A DNA stretch of 64,000 nucleotides from Candidatus Altiarchaeota archaeon (GCA_038891095.1 JAWAEV010000003.1:1-64000); one strand, 5' to 3'. Positions 9,461 through 20,343 are shown, numbered from the stretch's first letter. Notes: generated from the sequence alone by a model not told the origin. Translations and numbers: made by a program.

Positions 9461-10246
9461 ATGAATGACACACAAGACAACTTACCAAAAATTCAAGAAA
9501 ATTTAGAAAAAGTTGGGATAACAAATTTAAGAACACTTATAACAACAAATTGGAAAGGTAAGGAGTACAGATTTATTCCAGAAATTGAGGTAACTCTTAA
9601 CTTAGACAAAAAAAAGAAAGGAGTTCATATGAGCAGGCTTATTGAGTCAATCTCTGAAGTTGTTGAGAAGAAAATTAAGAAAAAGTATGGTTCAATTGAA
9701 GAATTAGAGAGAAGTATATTAGAGGAAATAAAAAGAAAACATAACTATAAAAAGGCTGAAATTTCAATGCGCTCTCAATTAATTCTTGAAAAGAAAACAC
9801 CTATAACAAAAAGGCAAACTTTTGAAACTTATGATTTTGAAATTTGTGTTATCTCAGATAAAGGATTTTCAAAATTTCTTAGAGTTGATGTGGTTGGAGC
9901 AACATCTTGTCCACATGCAATGAAAAATGGTAAAACCCATATGCAAAGAGCAGTTGCAACTCTAAAAATTAAAACTTCTTATGAGAATGAAATTGAAATT
10001 GAGGATATGATTTCTTGCGTTGAAGAGTGTTTTTCATCAGAAGTTTACACTCTATTGAAAACAGAAGATGAAAGACATATAATTAACAAAATGTTCTCAA
10101 ACCCAAAATTTGTTGAAGATGTCACAAGAGAAATTCTCCACAGAGCAAAGAAAAAATTTAAAAATTGCGAGATTTCTGCGAGAACTATCTCTTATGAGTC
10201 AATTCATCGTCATAATGTTTTAGCTGAGGGGAGATGCAAAAGCTAA
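9461..10246 (+). CDS. mptA: GTP cyclohydrolase, FolE2/MptA family
   Basis: KGVHMSRL, TSCP, HMQR, LLKTEDE, NPKFVED, ESIHRHN. Confidence 0.85.
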   Translation: MNDTQDNLPKIQENLEKVGITNLRTLITTNWKGKEYRFIPEIEVTLNLDKKKKGVHMSRLIESISEVVEKKIKKKYGSIEELERSILEEIKRKHNYKKAEISMRSQLILEKKTPITKRQTFETYDFEICVISDKGFSKFLRVDVVGATSCPHAMKNGKTHMQRAVATLKIKTSYENEIEIEDMISCVEECFSSEVYTLLKTEDERHIINKMFSNPKFVEDVTREILHRAKKKFKNCEISARTISYESIHRHNVLAEGRCKS

Positions 10247-10369
10247 TGTTATTTATCTTATAATGTTTATAATTTAATAAAAATTGAAAATATTTGCTGA
10301 ATTTTTATTTGTGCAATTTATAAGTTATCTTTCTATTTTTGTTTTTACTCCAATTTTTTATAGTGAAAA

Positions 10370-11299
10370 ATGTTTTATATAATTGGTAAATCCGATATAG
10401 GAAAAAGCCGTGATAGAAGTGGCGGCTTGAAAAAAATTAAGCAAAAACCCCACAAAAAGGAAGGAGAAGTCATGAAAATTGCTCAGAGAAATGTTTTAAC
10501 AATACATGAAACAATGCCTATAATAAATGCTGCAAAACTTATGGAGAAGAATGACTTCAGAAGATTGCCTGTTGTTGATGCAGGCACTAATCGCTTGCAA
10601 GGCCTAATTGTTGCGATTGACATTCTTGATTTCTTAGGTGGAGGAGAAAAATATAATATAATTCTAAAAGACTATAATGGAAATTTTCTTTCAGCAATAA
10701 ATTGTCCAGTGGGAAAAATAATGAGAAATGCGAGCTTTGTTGATAAGGAAGCGAATATCACTGATGTTATTGACATTATGGTGAAGAACAGAACTTCTGC
10801 AATTCCTATTGTCAACAACACTGAAGATAGGAAGGTTATTGCAATTGTGACAGAGAGAGATGTTCTACCAAAAAATGAGAAAGTTGGTATAAAGGTTGAG
10901 GAGGTCATGGAAAAGAATGTTATAACACTAAGTCTTGGAATGATGATATCAGATGTCTCAAAGGTCATGGTAAGAAATGGTTATAGAAGATTACCTGTAA
11001 TGCAAGAAGATAGACTTATTGGAATTGTGACTGTTTTTGATGTTTTGAAATTTTTAGAGTATGGTGAATTTAAAGGTGTTGATGCTGATGAGGTGCTATC
11101 AGAGAGAGTTGAAAAGATTATGGAAAGTGATGTTATAACTGTTAGGAAAGATCAGGATATAGGAGAAATTTCTGCATTAGTAAAAAACACAGGAATTGGC
11201 GGCTTTCCTGTTTTAGAGAAAAATAAATTGATTGGCATAATAACAACATCCGACATAATCCGCGGAATTTATGAACATGGTAAAAATTTTTATTTTTAA
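10370..11299 (+). CDS. Four-CBS-domain protein
   Basis: Repeated FRRLPVV / YRRLPV / GGFPV with IGIVT..D motifs. Start codon uncertain. Confidence 0.9.
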   Translation: MFYIIGKSDIGKSRDRSGGLKKIKQKPHKKEGEVMKIAQRNVLTIHETMPIINAAKLMEKNDFRRLPVVDAGTNRLQGLIVAIDILDFLGGGEKYNIILKDYNGNFLSAINCPVGKIMRNASFVDKEANITDVIDIMVKNRTSAIPIVNNTEDRKVIAIVTERDVLPKNEKVGIKVEEVMEKNVITLSLGMMISDVSKVMVRNGYRRLPVMQEDRLIGIVTVFDVLKFLEYGEFKGVDADEVLSERVEKIMESDVITVRKDQDIGEISALVKNTGIGGFPVLEKNKLIGIITTSDIIRGIYEHGKNFYF

Positions 11300-11346
11300 A
11301 GGTTTAATCTAAAGTATTAATTTGCACTTTTTGTTAAAGCTAAAAA

Positions 11347-11565
11347 TTGAAAAATATACTTGTTCCTAAACATGAGGTATTGAGTGCTGAAGAAGCTGAA
11401 CGTGTTCTGCAAAACTATAATGTAACAAGAGAGGAAATGCCAAAAATTAAAATTCACGATCCTGGAATAAAAGGCTTGAATGCAAAGGTAGGGGATATAA
11501 TAAAAATTACGAGAAATAGCCCAACGGCTGGTGAAGCTATTTACTATAGAGTTGTTATAGAATAA
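11347..11565 (+). CDS. rpoH: RNA polymerase subunit H (Rpo5)
   Basis: LVPKHEVLS, PKI..DP, GDIIKITRNSPTAG..YYRVV; TTG start. Confidence 0.95.
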   Translation: MKNILVPKHEVLSAEEAERVLQNYNVTREEMPKIKIHDPGIKGLNAKVGDIIKITRNSPTAGEAIYYRVVIE

Positions 11566-11568
11566 AGA

Positions 11569-14500
11569 ATGATTAGAGCTAAAGATTTTATCAAAAAAGA
11601 GGACCTTATAAAATTTCAGATAGAATCATTTAACTATCTAATAGATCATGGTCTGCAAGAGGTTATCAACGAAAGAGAATTAATAGATATTGAAATTCCT
11701 GGTTATGAACTTGAGTTTGGAAAAATTCGTGTTGGGACTCCTGTTGTAAATGAATCTGGCCAAGGTGCTGAAGTTCGTTATCCATATGAATGTAGGTTAA
11801 GAAATTTGACTTATTCTGCACCAATATATCTTGAATTTATAGAAAATGGAAATCCTGTAGAGGTGGAAATTGGGCACCTCCCAGTAATGCTTAAATCAAA
11901 AATTTGTCTCCTAAATGGATTGAGCAGAGAGGAGTTAATTGACTTATATGAAGACCCAGAAGATCCAGGAGGATATTTTATTATAAATGGTACTGAACGC
12001 TCACTCGTTATAGTTGAAGATTTAGCTCCAAATAGAATTGTAACAACAAAGGAAATTGTAACTGGGAAAGAAGTTTTTATAGCGAAAGTTTTCTCTGTAA
12101 GACAAGGTTTTAGGTCAAGAGTAACTGTCGAAAGAAGAGAGGCAAGTTCATCAGGAACACTTTTTGTAACATTCCCAGGAGTTCCAAATAGAATACCACT
12201 AACTGTTTTGATGAAAGCTCTTGGTTTAGAGGATAAAGAAATTTTAGATCTATTCTATGATGAAAATTCAATTTTGGAAGTTCTTTTAAATTTAGAGCTA
12301 AGGACTATGTCAAAGGAAGAAGCATTTGACTATTTATGTAAGAGGGTTGGTGCAGGTCATGCTCGCCAATATCAATCAACAAGAGCGAATCAAGTTATAA
12401 ATAACTTCCTGCTTCCACATATTGGTAATACAGAGAAAGATAGAAAGGCAAAAGGGATATATCTTGGGATAATGGCAAGAAAAGTTCTTGATTTAGTTTA
12501 TGATTTAAGAGAAGCTGATGATAAAGATCACTATTCAAATAAAAGATTAAGACTTGCAGGAGATTTAATGCAAGAACTTTTTAGAGTTAGCTTTAATAAA
12601 ATTGCTCGTGATATAAAATATCAGTTAGAAAAGCAACACGCCAGACATAGAAAAGTTAGCATAAAAACAGCTGTCAGAAGCAATAATCTTACTGAGTCTT
12701 TATGCTATGCTTTAGCAACTGGAAACTGGACTGGTGGTAGATCTGGGGTCTCTCAAGTTCTTGATAGAACAAATTTCCTCTCATCAATTGCCCATCGCAG
12801 AAGGATTTCTTCTCTACTTTCTCGTTCACATCCACACTTTGAAGCTCGTGATTTACATGCCACTCAATTAGGAAGAATTTGTCCATCTGAAACACCTGAA
12901 GGACAAAATTGTGGCTTAGTTAAGAATTTAGCAATTAGTGTTGTCATCTCAAATGATGAAGATGAAAAACCAATAGAAGACTACTTACAAAAATTTGGAG
13001 TAAAAGAAACATCACATGGAAAAACATTTGTATACTTGAATGGTAGATTAATTGGGGAACACTCAAGACCAGAGTTATTAGTTGAGAAGCTCAGAGAGCT
13101 AAGAAGAAGCAATGTTATTGCCTTTGATATTTCAATAAGCTATCATGAAGAAAATAGAGAAGTTCAAATTTATACCGACAGAGGAAGAGTTCTCAGACCA
13201 TTAATTATAGTTGAAAATGGAAAACCAAAATTGAAGGAAAAAGATATTGAAAGAGTTAGAGAAGGTAAGATAAAATTTTTTGATCTTGTAAAAGAAGGTT
13301 TGATTGAGTATATTGATTCGGAAGAAGAAGAGAATACTTATATTGCTGAAAGTTTGAATGAGTTGACTAAGGAGCATACACACATGGAACTCTCTCCTGA
13401 GCTTATACTTGGTGTTGCAGCTGGCTTAGTGCCATATCCTGAACATAATTCATCTCCAAGAGTAACAATGGGTGCAGCAATGGCAAAACAATCTCTTGGT
13501 TTATATTGCTCAAGTTATCATTCAAGATTTGATTCAAGAGCAAATATTTTGCACTATCCACAATTACCATTAGTTAAGACAAGTATTTCTGAGAGTTTTG
13601 AGTATGGGAAAAGGCCAGCTGGTCAAAATTTTGTTGTTGCTATAATGAGCTATGAGGGTTATAACATGGAGGATGCTATAATCCTAAATAAATCTTCAAT
13701 TGATAGAGGTTTAGGAAGATCTACATTTTATAGGACATATTCAACCGAAGCTAGAACTTATCCATCGGGCCAAAGTGATAAATTTGAGATTCCATCACCA
13801 GATGTGGAAGGTGCACAAGCTGAGGAGACATATGCAAAACTTGGTAAGGAGGGTATAATTTTTCCTGAAACTTATGTCTATGATAATGAAGTCCTTATAG
13901 GAAAGACATCACCACCAAGATTCTTAGAGGAAATTGGACCTTATGGCATGGTAAAGGAGAGGAGAAGAGAAAACTCTGTTACAGTAAGACATATGGAATC
14001 AGGAATAGTTGATGGTGTTCTTCTAACAGAATCAATTGAGAGAAATAAATTAGTTAAAGTTCGTGTTAGGTCTCCGAGAATTCCAGAACTAGGAGATAAA
14101 TTTGCATCACGCCATGGTCAAAAAGGAGTTGTTGGTTTAATTGTAAATCAAGAGGATATGCCATTTACTAAGGATGGAGTAGTACCAGATTTGATATTGA
14201 ATCCGCATGCAATACCATCAAGAATGACTATTGGTCATTTAATTGAAACAATTGCAGGTAAAGTCGCATGTATTGAAGGTAATGTTGTTGATGGTAGTGC
14301 TTTTGAGCATGAAGAAGAAAATGACCTAAGGAAAAAACTTGAGAAATATGGATTTAAATCAACAGGTAAAGAGGTAATGTATAATGGAAAAACCGGTCAA
14401 AAATTTGAGGTTGAAATTTTTATTGGTGTTGTTTACTATCAAAGACTACATCATATGGTTATAAATAAGATCCACGCACGATCTCGAGGACCAGTGCAAA

Positions 14501-14826
14501 TGTTAACAAGACAACCTACTGAAGGTAGGGCAAGAGAAGGTGGCCTTCGCTTTGGTGAAATGGAAAGAGATTGCCTTATAGGTCATGGAGCAGCAATGAT
14601 GTTAAAAGATAGGCTTCTAGATGAATCAGATAGAATTTATGTCCCTGTTTGTTTGAAGTGTGGTTTAATTGCAACAACTGATGCTGAGAAAAAAGAGACT
14701 ATATGCCCAATTTGTAATGACTCTAAAGTTGAGATGGTTGAAATCGCATATGCCTTTAAACTTCTGCTAAACGAATTAATGGGTATGTGTGTATATCCAA
14801 AATTGATTTTGAAAGATAAGGTTTAA
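11569..14826 (+). CDS. rpoB: RNA polymerase subunit B (Rpo2), unsplit
   Basis: GGYFIINGTER, ETPEGQNCGLVKN, GDKFASRHGQKG, GGLRFGEMERD, C-terminal Zn site; one ORF. Confidence 0.97.
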   Translation: MIRAKDFIKKEDLIKFQIESFNYLIDHGLQEVINERELIDIEIPGYELEFGKIRVGTPVVNESGQGAEVRYPYECRLRNLTYSAPIYLEFIENGNPVEVEIGHLPVMLKSKICLLNGLSREELIDLYEDPEDPGGYFIINGTERSLVIVEDLAPNRIVTTKEIVTGKEVFIAKVFSVRQGFRSRVTVERREASSSGTLFVTFPGVPNRIPLTVLMKALGLEDKEILDLFYDENSILEVLLNLELRTMSKEEAFDYLCKRVGAGHARQYQSTRANQVINNFLLPHIGNTEKDRKAKGIYLGIMARKVLDLVYDLREADDKDHYSNKRLRLAGDLMQELFRVSFNKIARDIKYQLEKQHARHRKVSIKTAVRSNNLTESLCYALATGNWTGGRSGVSQVLDRTNFLSSIAHRRRISSLLSRSHPHFEARDLHATQLGRICPSETPEGQNCGLVKNLAISVVISNDEDEKPIEDYLQKFGVKETSHGKTFVYLNGRLIGEHSRPELLVEKLRELRRSNVIAFDISISYHEENREVQIYTDRGRVLRPLIIVENGKPKLKEKDIERVREGKIKFFDLVKEGLIEYIDSEEEENTYIAESLNELTKEHTHMELSPELILGVAAGLVPYPEHNSSPRVTMGAAMAKQSLGLYCSSYHSRFDSRANILHYPQLPLVKTSISESFEYGKRPAGQNFVVAIMSYEGYNMEDAIILNKSSIDRGLGRSTFYRTYSTEARTYPSGQSDKFEIPSPDVEGAQAEETYAKLGKEGIIFPETYVYDNEVLIGKTSPPRFLEEIGPYGMVKERRRENSVTVRHMESGIVDGVLLTESIERNKLVKVRVRSPRIPELGDKFASRHGQKGVVGLIVNQEDMPFTKDGVVPDLILNPHAIPSRMTIGHLIETIAGKVACIEGNVVDGSAFEHEEENDLRKKLEKYGFKSTGKEVMYNGKTGQKFEVEIFIGVVYYQRLHHMVINKIHARSRGPVQMLTRQPTEGRAREGGLRFGEMERDCLIGHGAAMMLKDRLLDESDRIYVPVCLKCGLIATTDAEKKETICPICNDSKVEMVEIAYAFKLLLNELMGMCVYPKLILKDKV

Positions 14827-14836
14827 TTCACAGAAA

Positions 14837-17800
14837 ATGATAGTAAGAAAAAAAATTAAGGCTATAGAATTTGGACTTTTTTCTCCAGCAATGATCAAAA
14901 AGCTATCTGCAGTAAAAATTTTTACTTCAAATACTTATGATGAAGATGGTTATCCTATTGAAGGCGGTTTAATGGATCCAAGATTAGGGGTAATTGATCC
15001 AGGTATAAGATGCAAAACTTGTGGTGGTAGACTTGGAGAATGCCAAGGACATTTTGGGCATATTGAATTAACAAGACCAGTTATTCATGTTGGATACGCA
15101 AAAGAAATTTATAAATTGCTAAAAATAACATGTAGAAGTTGCTCAAGAATTTTGCTTTCTGAAGATAAAATAAAGAAGTTAAATTCTATAGATGAAATAA
15201 TTGAAAATGCTGCAAAGGTAAATGAATCTCAAGGTAAATGCCCTTATTGCAATGAACAACAAATAAAAATAAAATTTGTTAGGCCATATTCCTACTATGA
15301 AGGAGAAACATCTTTATTGCCAACTGATATAAGGGAGAGATTTGAAAAAATAACAGAAGATGACTTAAAGCTATTAGGAGTTAAAATAAGGCCTGAATGG
15401 ATGATTCTTTCCGTTCTGCCTGTTTTGCCAATAATAGTCAGACCTTCAATAACTCTTGAATCAGCAGACAGAAGTGAAGATGATTTAACTCATAAATTAG
15501 TTGATATTTTAAGGATAAACCAAAGATTGGAAGAAAATATAAATTCCGGAGCACCGCAACTAATTGTTGAGGATCTTTGGGATCTATTACAATATCATGT
15601 TGCAACTTATTTTGACAATGGTATCATAGGAATTCCACCTGCAAGACATCGATCTGGTAGACCATTAAAGACAATTACTCAAAGACTTAAAGGTAAAGAA
15701 GGTAGATTTAGAAATAATTTATCTGGTAAAAGGGTAAATTTCTCTGCAAGAACAGTAGTTAGCCCAGACCCAGAGATATCGATAAATGAAGTTGTTGTAC
15801 CAAAAGTTATCGCAACTGAGCTAACTATTCCTGAAGAAGTTAATGAAAGAAATATTAAGAAACTTAGAGAACTTATATTGAATGGACCAAACGCACATCC
15901 CGGAGCTAAAAATGTGATAGTTGAATATGGAAGAAAAAGAGTTATGGAGAGTAATAAAAAGGAAATTGCAGCATCTCTAAAAGAAGGCGATATAGTTGAA
16001 AGAACTATAAAAGATGGCGATTTAGTTATATTCAACAGACAACCTTCATTACATAGAATTTCAATGATGTGTCATCAAGTTAAAGTTCTCCCATATAATA
16101 CCTTTAGGTTAAATACTGCCGTTTGTGCTCCATATAATGCAGATTTCGATGGAGATGAAATGAATTTGCATGTCCCACAAACAGAAGAAGCAAGAGCTGA
16201 AGCAGAGATACTTATGAAAGTTCAGGAATGCATTCTTTCTCCAAGATATGGCAGGCCAATAATCGGTGGTAGACATGACCATGTTACTGGAACTTATTTG
16301 CTTACTAAGAAAGACTCAAAATTTGATAGAAAAACAGCATTAAATTTGGTTAAAGACTTAGCTGAGCTGCCTAAGGATAAAAAAACTTTTACTGGAAAAG
16401 AAATTTTTTCATTTCTTTTACCAAAAGATTTTTCTGTTAAATATAAAGCAAAATTATGTAAAAAGTGTGAAACTTGTAAAAAAGAGAAATGTGAGGATGA
16501 AGCTTATGTTGTTATAAATAATGGTACATTAATTTCAGGAGTAATTGATTCTCAGGGAATGGCAGGAACATTAGTAAATGAATTGTTCCTTAGATATGGC
16601 TCAGACATAACAAGAGAATTTATTGATAAATCTACAAAACTTGCAATAAGGGTTGTTATGCTTCATGGCTTTACTATTGGTATAGACGAGGAAGATCTAC
16701 CTACAAAAGAGATAAATGAAATAAGTAAAGTTATATCAAAGAGTGATGAGATTGTGAATTCTTTAATTAAAGAATTTAATGAAGGTAAATTAAAACCAAT
16801 TCCTGGAAAGTCATCAGAGGAATCACTTGAAGATTATATAATGGCTGAATTATCAAAAGCAAGAAATGATGCTGGTAAGATAGCAGAGAAATTTGCAAAA
16901 GATAACTTTTTAGCTGTAATGGCAAAGATAGGTGCTCGAGGCTCATTATTAAATTTAACTCAAATGAGTGCTTGCGTAGGTCAACAAGCAGTTCGTGGAA
17001 AAAGAATTAAGAGAGGTTATTTTGCAAGAACACTTTCTCATTTCAAAAAAGGTGATGTCTCTGCTAGTGCTAATGGATTTGTATCATCAAACTTTAAAAA
17101 TGGTTTATCTATGAAAGAATACTTCTTCCATGCTATGGGTGGAAGAGAAAGCTTAGTTGACACTGCCATTAGGACTGGTAGATCTGGGTATATGCAAAGA
17201 AGGCTTATTAATGCTTTACAAGATCTTAGGGTTTATCCTGATTTAAGTGTTCGTGGAACTCCAGGTATAATCGTCCAATTTAAATATGGTGAAGATGGTG
17301 TTGATCCATCTAAAAAAGGTTATCTCAAATACAAAGAGGAAAACTATATAAAGAAGGCATTAGTTGTTCCTGGTGAGGCTGTCGGTACTGTTGCTGCTCA
17401 ATCTATTGGTGAACCAGGAACTCAAATGACTTTAAGAACTTTCCACTATGCAGGTGTTGCTGAATTAGCTGTGCCACTTGGCTTACCAAGATTAATAGAG
17501 ATTATAGACGCAAAAAGATCTCCAAATAATCCAATGATGACAATTTACTTAGATGAAAAAAATAGAAAAAGTAGGGAATTCGCAGAGTCTCTTGCTAATA
17601 AATTACAAGAAATTTTCCTCAAAGATGTTTCAAAAATTGAAGTTAGTATAGAGAGAAAAGAAATTATTGTTGAAACTGATAACGAAGAAGCAAAAGCCAT
17701 TCTCGAGAAAATTTCTGAAAATAGTTCAAAGAATAAATTTGTAATAAAGAAAAAATCTTTGATAGAGCTGAAAAAATTAATGAATAAACTAGAGAAGAAA

Positions 17801-18322
17801 AGACTTTCAGGAGTAAAAGGGATCAAAAGGGTTTTTGTAAGAGAACAAAATGGTGAATTTGTGATCTATACTGAGGGTTCAAATTTAAAGGCAATTCTTA
17901 GCTTAGAAGGAGTTGATAAGGAGAGAACAACAACAAATGATATACAACAAATCTATGAAGTTTTAGGTATAGAAGCAGCAAGAAATGCAATTATAAATGA
18001 AGCAATGAAAGTTCTTGAAGAACAAAGGTTAGATGTTGATATAAGGCATATAATGCTAGTTGCTGACAGAATGTGTGTTACAGGCGAGCTACAAGCAGTT
18101 GGAAGAACCGGCATTAGTGGTTCTAAGGAATCAGTTCTTGCAAGAGCTGCATTTGAAGAAACTGAAAAGCATATATTAAATGCTGCTCTTTATGGAGAAG
18201 TTGATACTCTTAGTGGTGTTGCCGAAAATATAATAATAGGTCAACCAATTCCAATTGGAACTGGAACTGTTGAGTTAGAGGTTAAAAAAACTCAAGAAAA
18301 GAAAAATGAATCTAAAGACTGA
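14837..18322 (+). CDS. rpoA: RNA polymerase subunit A, A1 and A2 fused in one ORF
   Basis: NADFDGDEMN and TGRSGYMQRRL (A1), then in frame PGEAVG..AQSIGEPGTQMTLRTFH and ARAAFE (A2). Confidence 0.95.
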   Translation: MIVRKKIKAIEFGLFSPAMIKKLSAVKIFTSNTYDEDGYPIEGGLMDPRLGVIDPGIRCKTCGGRLGECQGHFGHIELTRPVIHVGYAKEIYKLLKITCRSCSRILLSEDKIKKLNSIDEIIENAAKVNESQGKCPYCNEQQIKIKFVRPYSYYEGETSLLPTDIRERFEKITEDDLKLLGVKIRPEWMILSVLPVLPIIVRPSITLESADRSEDDLTHKLVDILRINQRLEENINSGAPQLIVEDLWDLLQYHVATYFDNGIIGIPPARHRSGRPLKTITQRLKGKEGRFRNNLSGKRVNFSARTVVSPDPEISINEVVVPKVIATELTIPEEVNERNIKKLRELILNGPNAHPGAKNVIVEYGRKRVMESNKKEIAASLKEGDIVERTIKDGDLVIFNRQPSLHRISMMCHQVKVLPYNTFRLNTAVCAPYNADFDGDEMNLHVPQTEEARAEAEILMKVQECILSPRYGRPIIGGRHDHVTGTYLLTKKDSKFDRKTALNLVKDLAELPKDKKTFTGKEIFSFLLPKDFSVKYKAKLCKKCETCKKEKCEDEAYVVINNGTLISGVIDSQGMAGTLVNELFLRYGSDITREFIDKSTKLAIRVVMLHGFTIGIDEEDLPTKEINEISKVISKSDEIVNSLIKEFNEGKLKPIPGKSSEESLEDYIMAELSKARNDAGKIAEKFAKDNFLAVMAKIGARGSLLNLTQMSACVGQQAVRGKRIKRGYFARTLSHFKKGDVSASANGFVSSNFKNGLSMKEYFFHAMGGRESLVDTAIRTGRSGYMQRRLINALQDLRVYPDLSVRGTPGIIVQFKYGEDGVDPSKKGYLKYKEENYIKKALVVPGEAVGTVAAQSIGEPGTQMTLRTFHYAGVAELAVPLGLPRLIEIIDAKRSPNNPMMTIYLDEKNRKSREFAESLANKLQEIFLKDVSKIEVSIERKEIIVETDNEEAKAILEKISENSSKNKFVIKKKSLIELKKLMNKLEKKRLSGVKGIKRVFVREQNGEFVIYTEGSNLKAILSLEGVDKERTTTNDIQQIYEVLGIEAARNAIINEAMKVLEEQRLDVDIRHIMLVADRMCVTGELQAVGRTGISGSKESVLARAAFEETEKHILNAALYGEVDTLSGVAENIIIGQPIPIGTGTVELEVKKTQEKKNESKD

Positions 18323-18623
18323 ATTAGAGAAAGCAGAAAAAACAGGAAAAGTTGCACTTGGTGTAAAAAGCGTTAAGCATGCATTTTTAAATGGAAATCC
18401 AAAATTAGTGCTAATTAGCAAGAATTGTCCGATTGAGATTTTTGATGAATTTTTATATTATGGAAAATTATCAAATGTTCCCTGTATAGTTTTAGATAAA
18501 AACTCAGAAGAACTTGGGGCACTTTGTGGAAAACCATTTTCAGTTTCTTCCTTATGTATCTTAGACGAAGGCGAGAGTTCAATTTTAGAAATAGTAAAGG
18601 AACATGGAAAAAATAAAACTTGA
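18306..18623 (+). CDS. rpl30e: 50S ribosomal protein L30e
   Basis: TGKVALG, KLVLISKNCP, ELGALCGKPF.VS.L.I.D.GES; canonical position after rpoA. Confidence 0.93.
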   Translation: MNLKTELEKAEKTGKVALGVKSVKHAFLNGNPKLVLISKNCPIEIFDEFLYYGKLSNVPCIVLDKNSEELGALCGKPFSVSSLCILDEGESSILEIVKEHGKNKT

Positions 18624-19035
18624 TGCAAATGAGATAAAATACATAACTCTCTTTGAGAGTTTAACAGGTGCAAAAGTCAAAGACTGTGTAACTGAGAAAA
18701 ATGCACTTGGATTTTTAATTGAGCAAGGTTATATGGGACTAGCAATTGGTAAAAATGGTAGTAATGTTTCAAAGGTAATGAAATTGACTGGAAGGAATAT
18801 ATTCGTTATGGAAGCCTCAGATGACTTAAAAAAATTTCTTGATAACCTCTTTCAACCTTTAAAAATCAGAAATAGTAGAATATTTGAAGATGGTAAAGAG
18901 AAAGTCGCTATTTTAGAATTGAATAAGAAGGATAGAAGCAAAGCGATTGGCCAGGATGGAGTTAGAATAAAGATAGCAAAAAAATTAGCAGAAAGACATT
19001 TTGGGTTAAATGACATAAAAATTAAAACAGTATAG
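18604..19035 (+). CDS. nusA: Archaeal NusA (KH domains)
   Basis: YITLFESLTGAKVKDC, GLAIGKNG, AIGQDG. Confidence 0.93.
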   Translation: MEKIKLDANEIKYITLFESLTGAKVKDCVTEKNALGFLIEQGYMGLAIGKNGSNVSKVMKLTGRNIFVMEASDDLKKFLDNLFQPLKIRNSRIFEDGKEKVAILELNKKDRSKAIGQDGVRIKIAKKLAERHFGLNDIKIKTV

Positions 19036-19089
19036 CAAATCCAATTTTTTAACATATTTTGCTAATTTTATTTTCAAAAAAAATTTAAA

Positions 19090-19518
19090 ATGGCAAAGGG
19101 AGAATTTTCAGCTAAGAAACTAATTGATTTAAGGCATAAATTTAGATGGAAAAAGGAAAAATATGCTCGCAGAGTTTTAAGATTGAAGAAAAAGCATGAT
19201 CCTTTAGAAGGAGCACCACAAGCTAAGGGTATAGTTCTTGAAAAAGTTGGAATTGAAGCTAAACAGCCAAATTCTGCTATAAGGAAATGTGTGAGAGTTC
19301 AATTATTGAAGAATGGTAGACAGATAACTGCATTTTGCCCAAGAGATAAGGCAGTTACATATATTGATGAACACGATGAAGTTATTGTTGAAGGTTTAGG
19401 TGGAAGAAAAGGTAGGAGTATGGGTGATTTATCAGGAGTGAGATATAAAGTCATAAAAGTTAATGATATTTCTCTGAATGAATTAGTACATCATAGAAAG
19501 GAAAAACCTAAGAGATAA
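19090..19518 (+). CDS. rps12: 30S ribosomal protein S12
   Basis: [32 protein letters not shown]. Confidence 0.97.
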   Translation: MAKGEFSAKKLIDLRHKFRWKKEKYARRVLRLKKKHDPLEGAPQAKGIVLEKVGIEAKQPNSAIRKCVRVQLLKNGRQITAFCPRDKAVTYIDEHDEVIVEGLGGRKGRSMGDLSGVRYKVIKVNDISLNELVHHRKEKPKR

Positions 19519-19520
19519 GA

Positions 19521-19886
19521 ATGCCAAAGACAAATAAATTTAAAAATCCAGAAAGGGAAAGATTAATAGAAAAACTTAAGCGAGAAGGAAGAGAGAAAAA
19601 AGTTAATTTGTGGATAAGAATTGCTGATGAACTTAGCAAAAGTAGGAAGAATAGAAGAGAAACAAATATATGGAAAATAAATAAATACAGCAAAGATGGT
19701 GAATTTGTTTTAATTCCTGGAAAAGTCTTGGGTTATGGAAATTTAGAACATAAAGTTAATGTTGCTGCATTTAAATTCTCAAAATCTGCTGAGGAGAAAA
19801 TAAAAAGTGCTGGCGGCGAAGTTATATCAATAGAAGAACTGTTAAGGAGAAATCCTACAGGCTCTAAAGTTAAAATTTTATGTTAG
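19521..19886 (+). CDS. rpl18e: 50S ribosomal protein L18e
   Basis: NP..LI..L, W..IA..L, PGKVLG.G, VAAFKFS..A..KI..AGG. Confidence 0.93.
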   Translation: MPKTNKFKNPERERLIEKLKREGREKKVNLWIRIADELSKSRKNRRETNIWKINKYSKDGEFVLIPGKVLGYGNLEHKVNVAAFKFSKSAEEKIKSAGGEVISIEELLRRNPTGSKVKILC

Positions 19887-19887
19887 A

Positions 19888-20343
19888 ATGACAATAATAG
19901 ATGCTGAAAATTCGATCTTAGGTAGGTTAGCAAGTAAAGTTGCAAAAAGAGCATTACTTGGAGAGAATATTATAATTATAAATGCTGAAAAAGCATTGCT
20001 TTCTGGAAAACAAAAGAATATTTTAGCAGATGAATTGAAAGAACTCAAAATAAGGAATATTGGAAATCCTTTGAAAGGCCCTTTTTATCAAAGAAGGCCA
20101 GATAGATATGTTAGAAGGGTTATAAAAAGGATGTTGCCTATGGAAAAAAAGAAGGGTAGAGATGCATTTAAGAGAATTATGGTTTATTATGGTATTCCAA
20201 AAGAGGAGATAAAGAAGAGACATAATATTGAAGTTGATGAGGTAAAAATTGAGAAAATTGAAGATTCAATAAAAAATATTAGTAACTCGCTAACAGTTGG
20301 TGAAATTTGCAAATTTATTTCAGGGAAAAATAAAAATGCCTAA
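19888..20343 (+). CDS. rpl13: 50S ribosomal protein L13
   Basis: IIDAENSILGRLASKVAK, INAEKA, KGPFY.RRPD, MLP. Confidence 0.95.
   Translation: MTIIDAENSILGRLASKVAKRALLGENIIIINAEKALLSGKQKNILADELKELKIRNIGNPLKGPFYQRRPDRYVRRVIKRMLPMEKKKGRDAFKRIMVYYGIPKEEIKKRHNIEVDEVKIEKIEDSIKNISNSLTVGEICKFISGKNKNA

Noticed and set aside
7716-10246. que operon as a DNA 7-deazaguanine modification (dpd) defence island
   Set aside because: No dpdA/TGT-like or restriction genes nearby. It fits ordinary archaeosine precursor synthesis.
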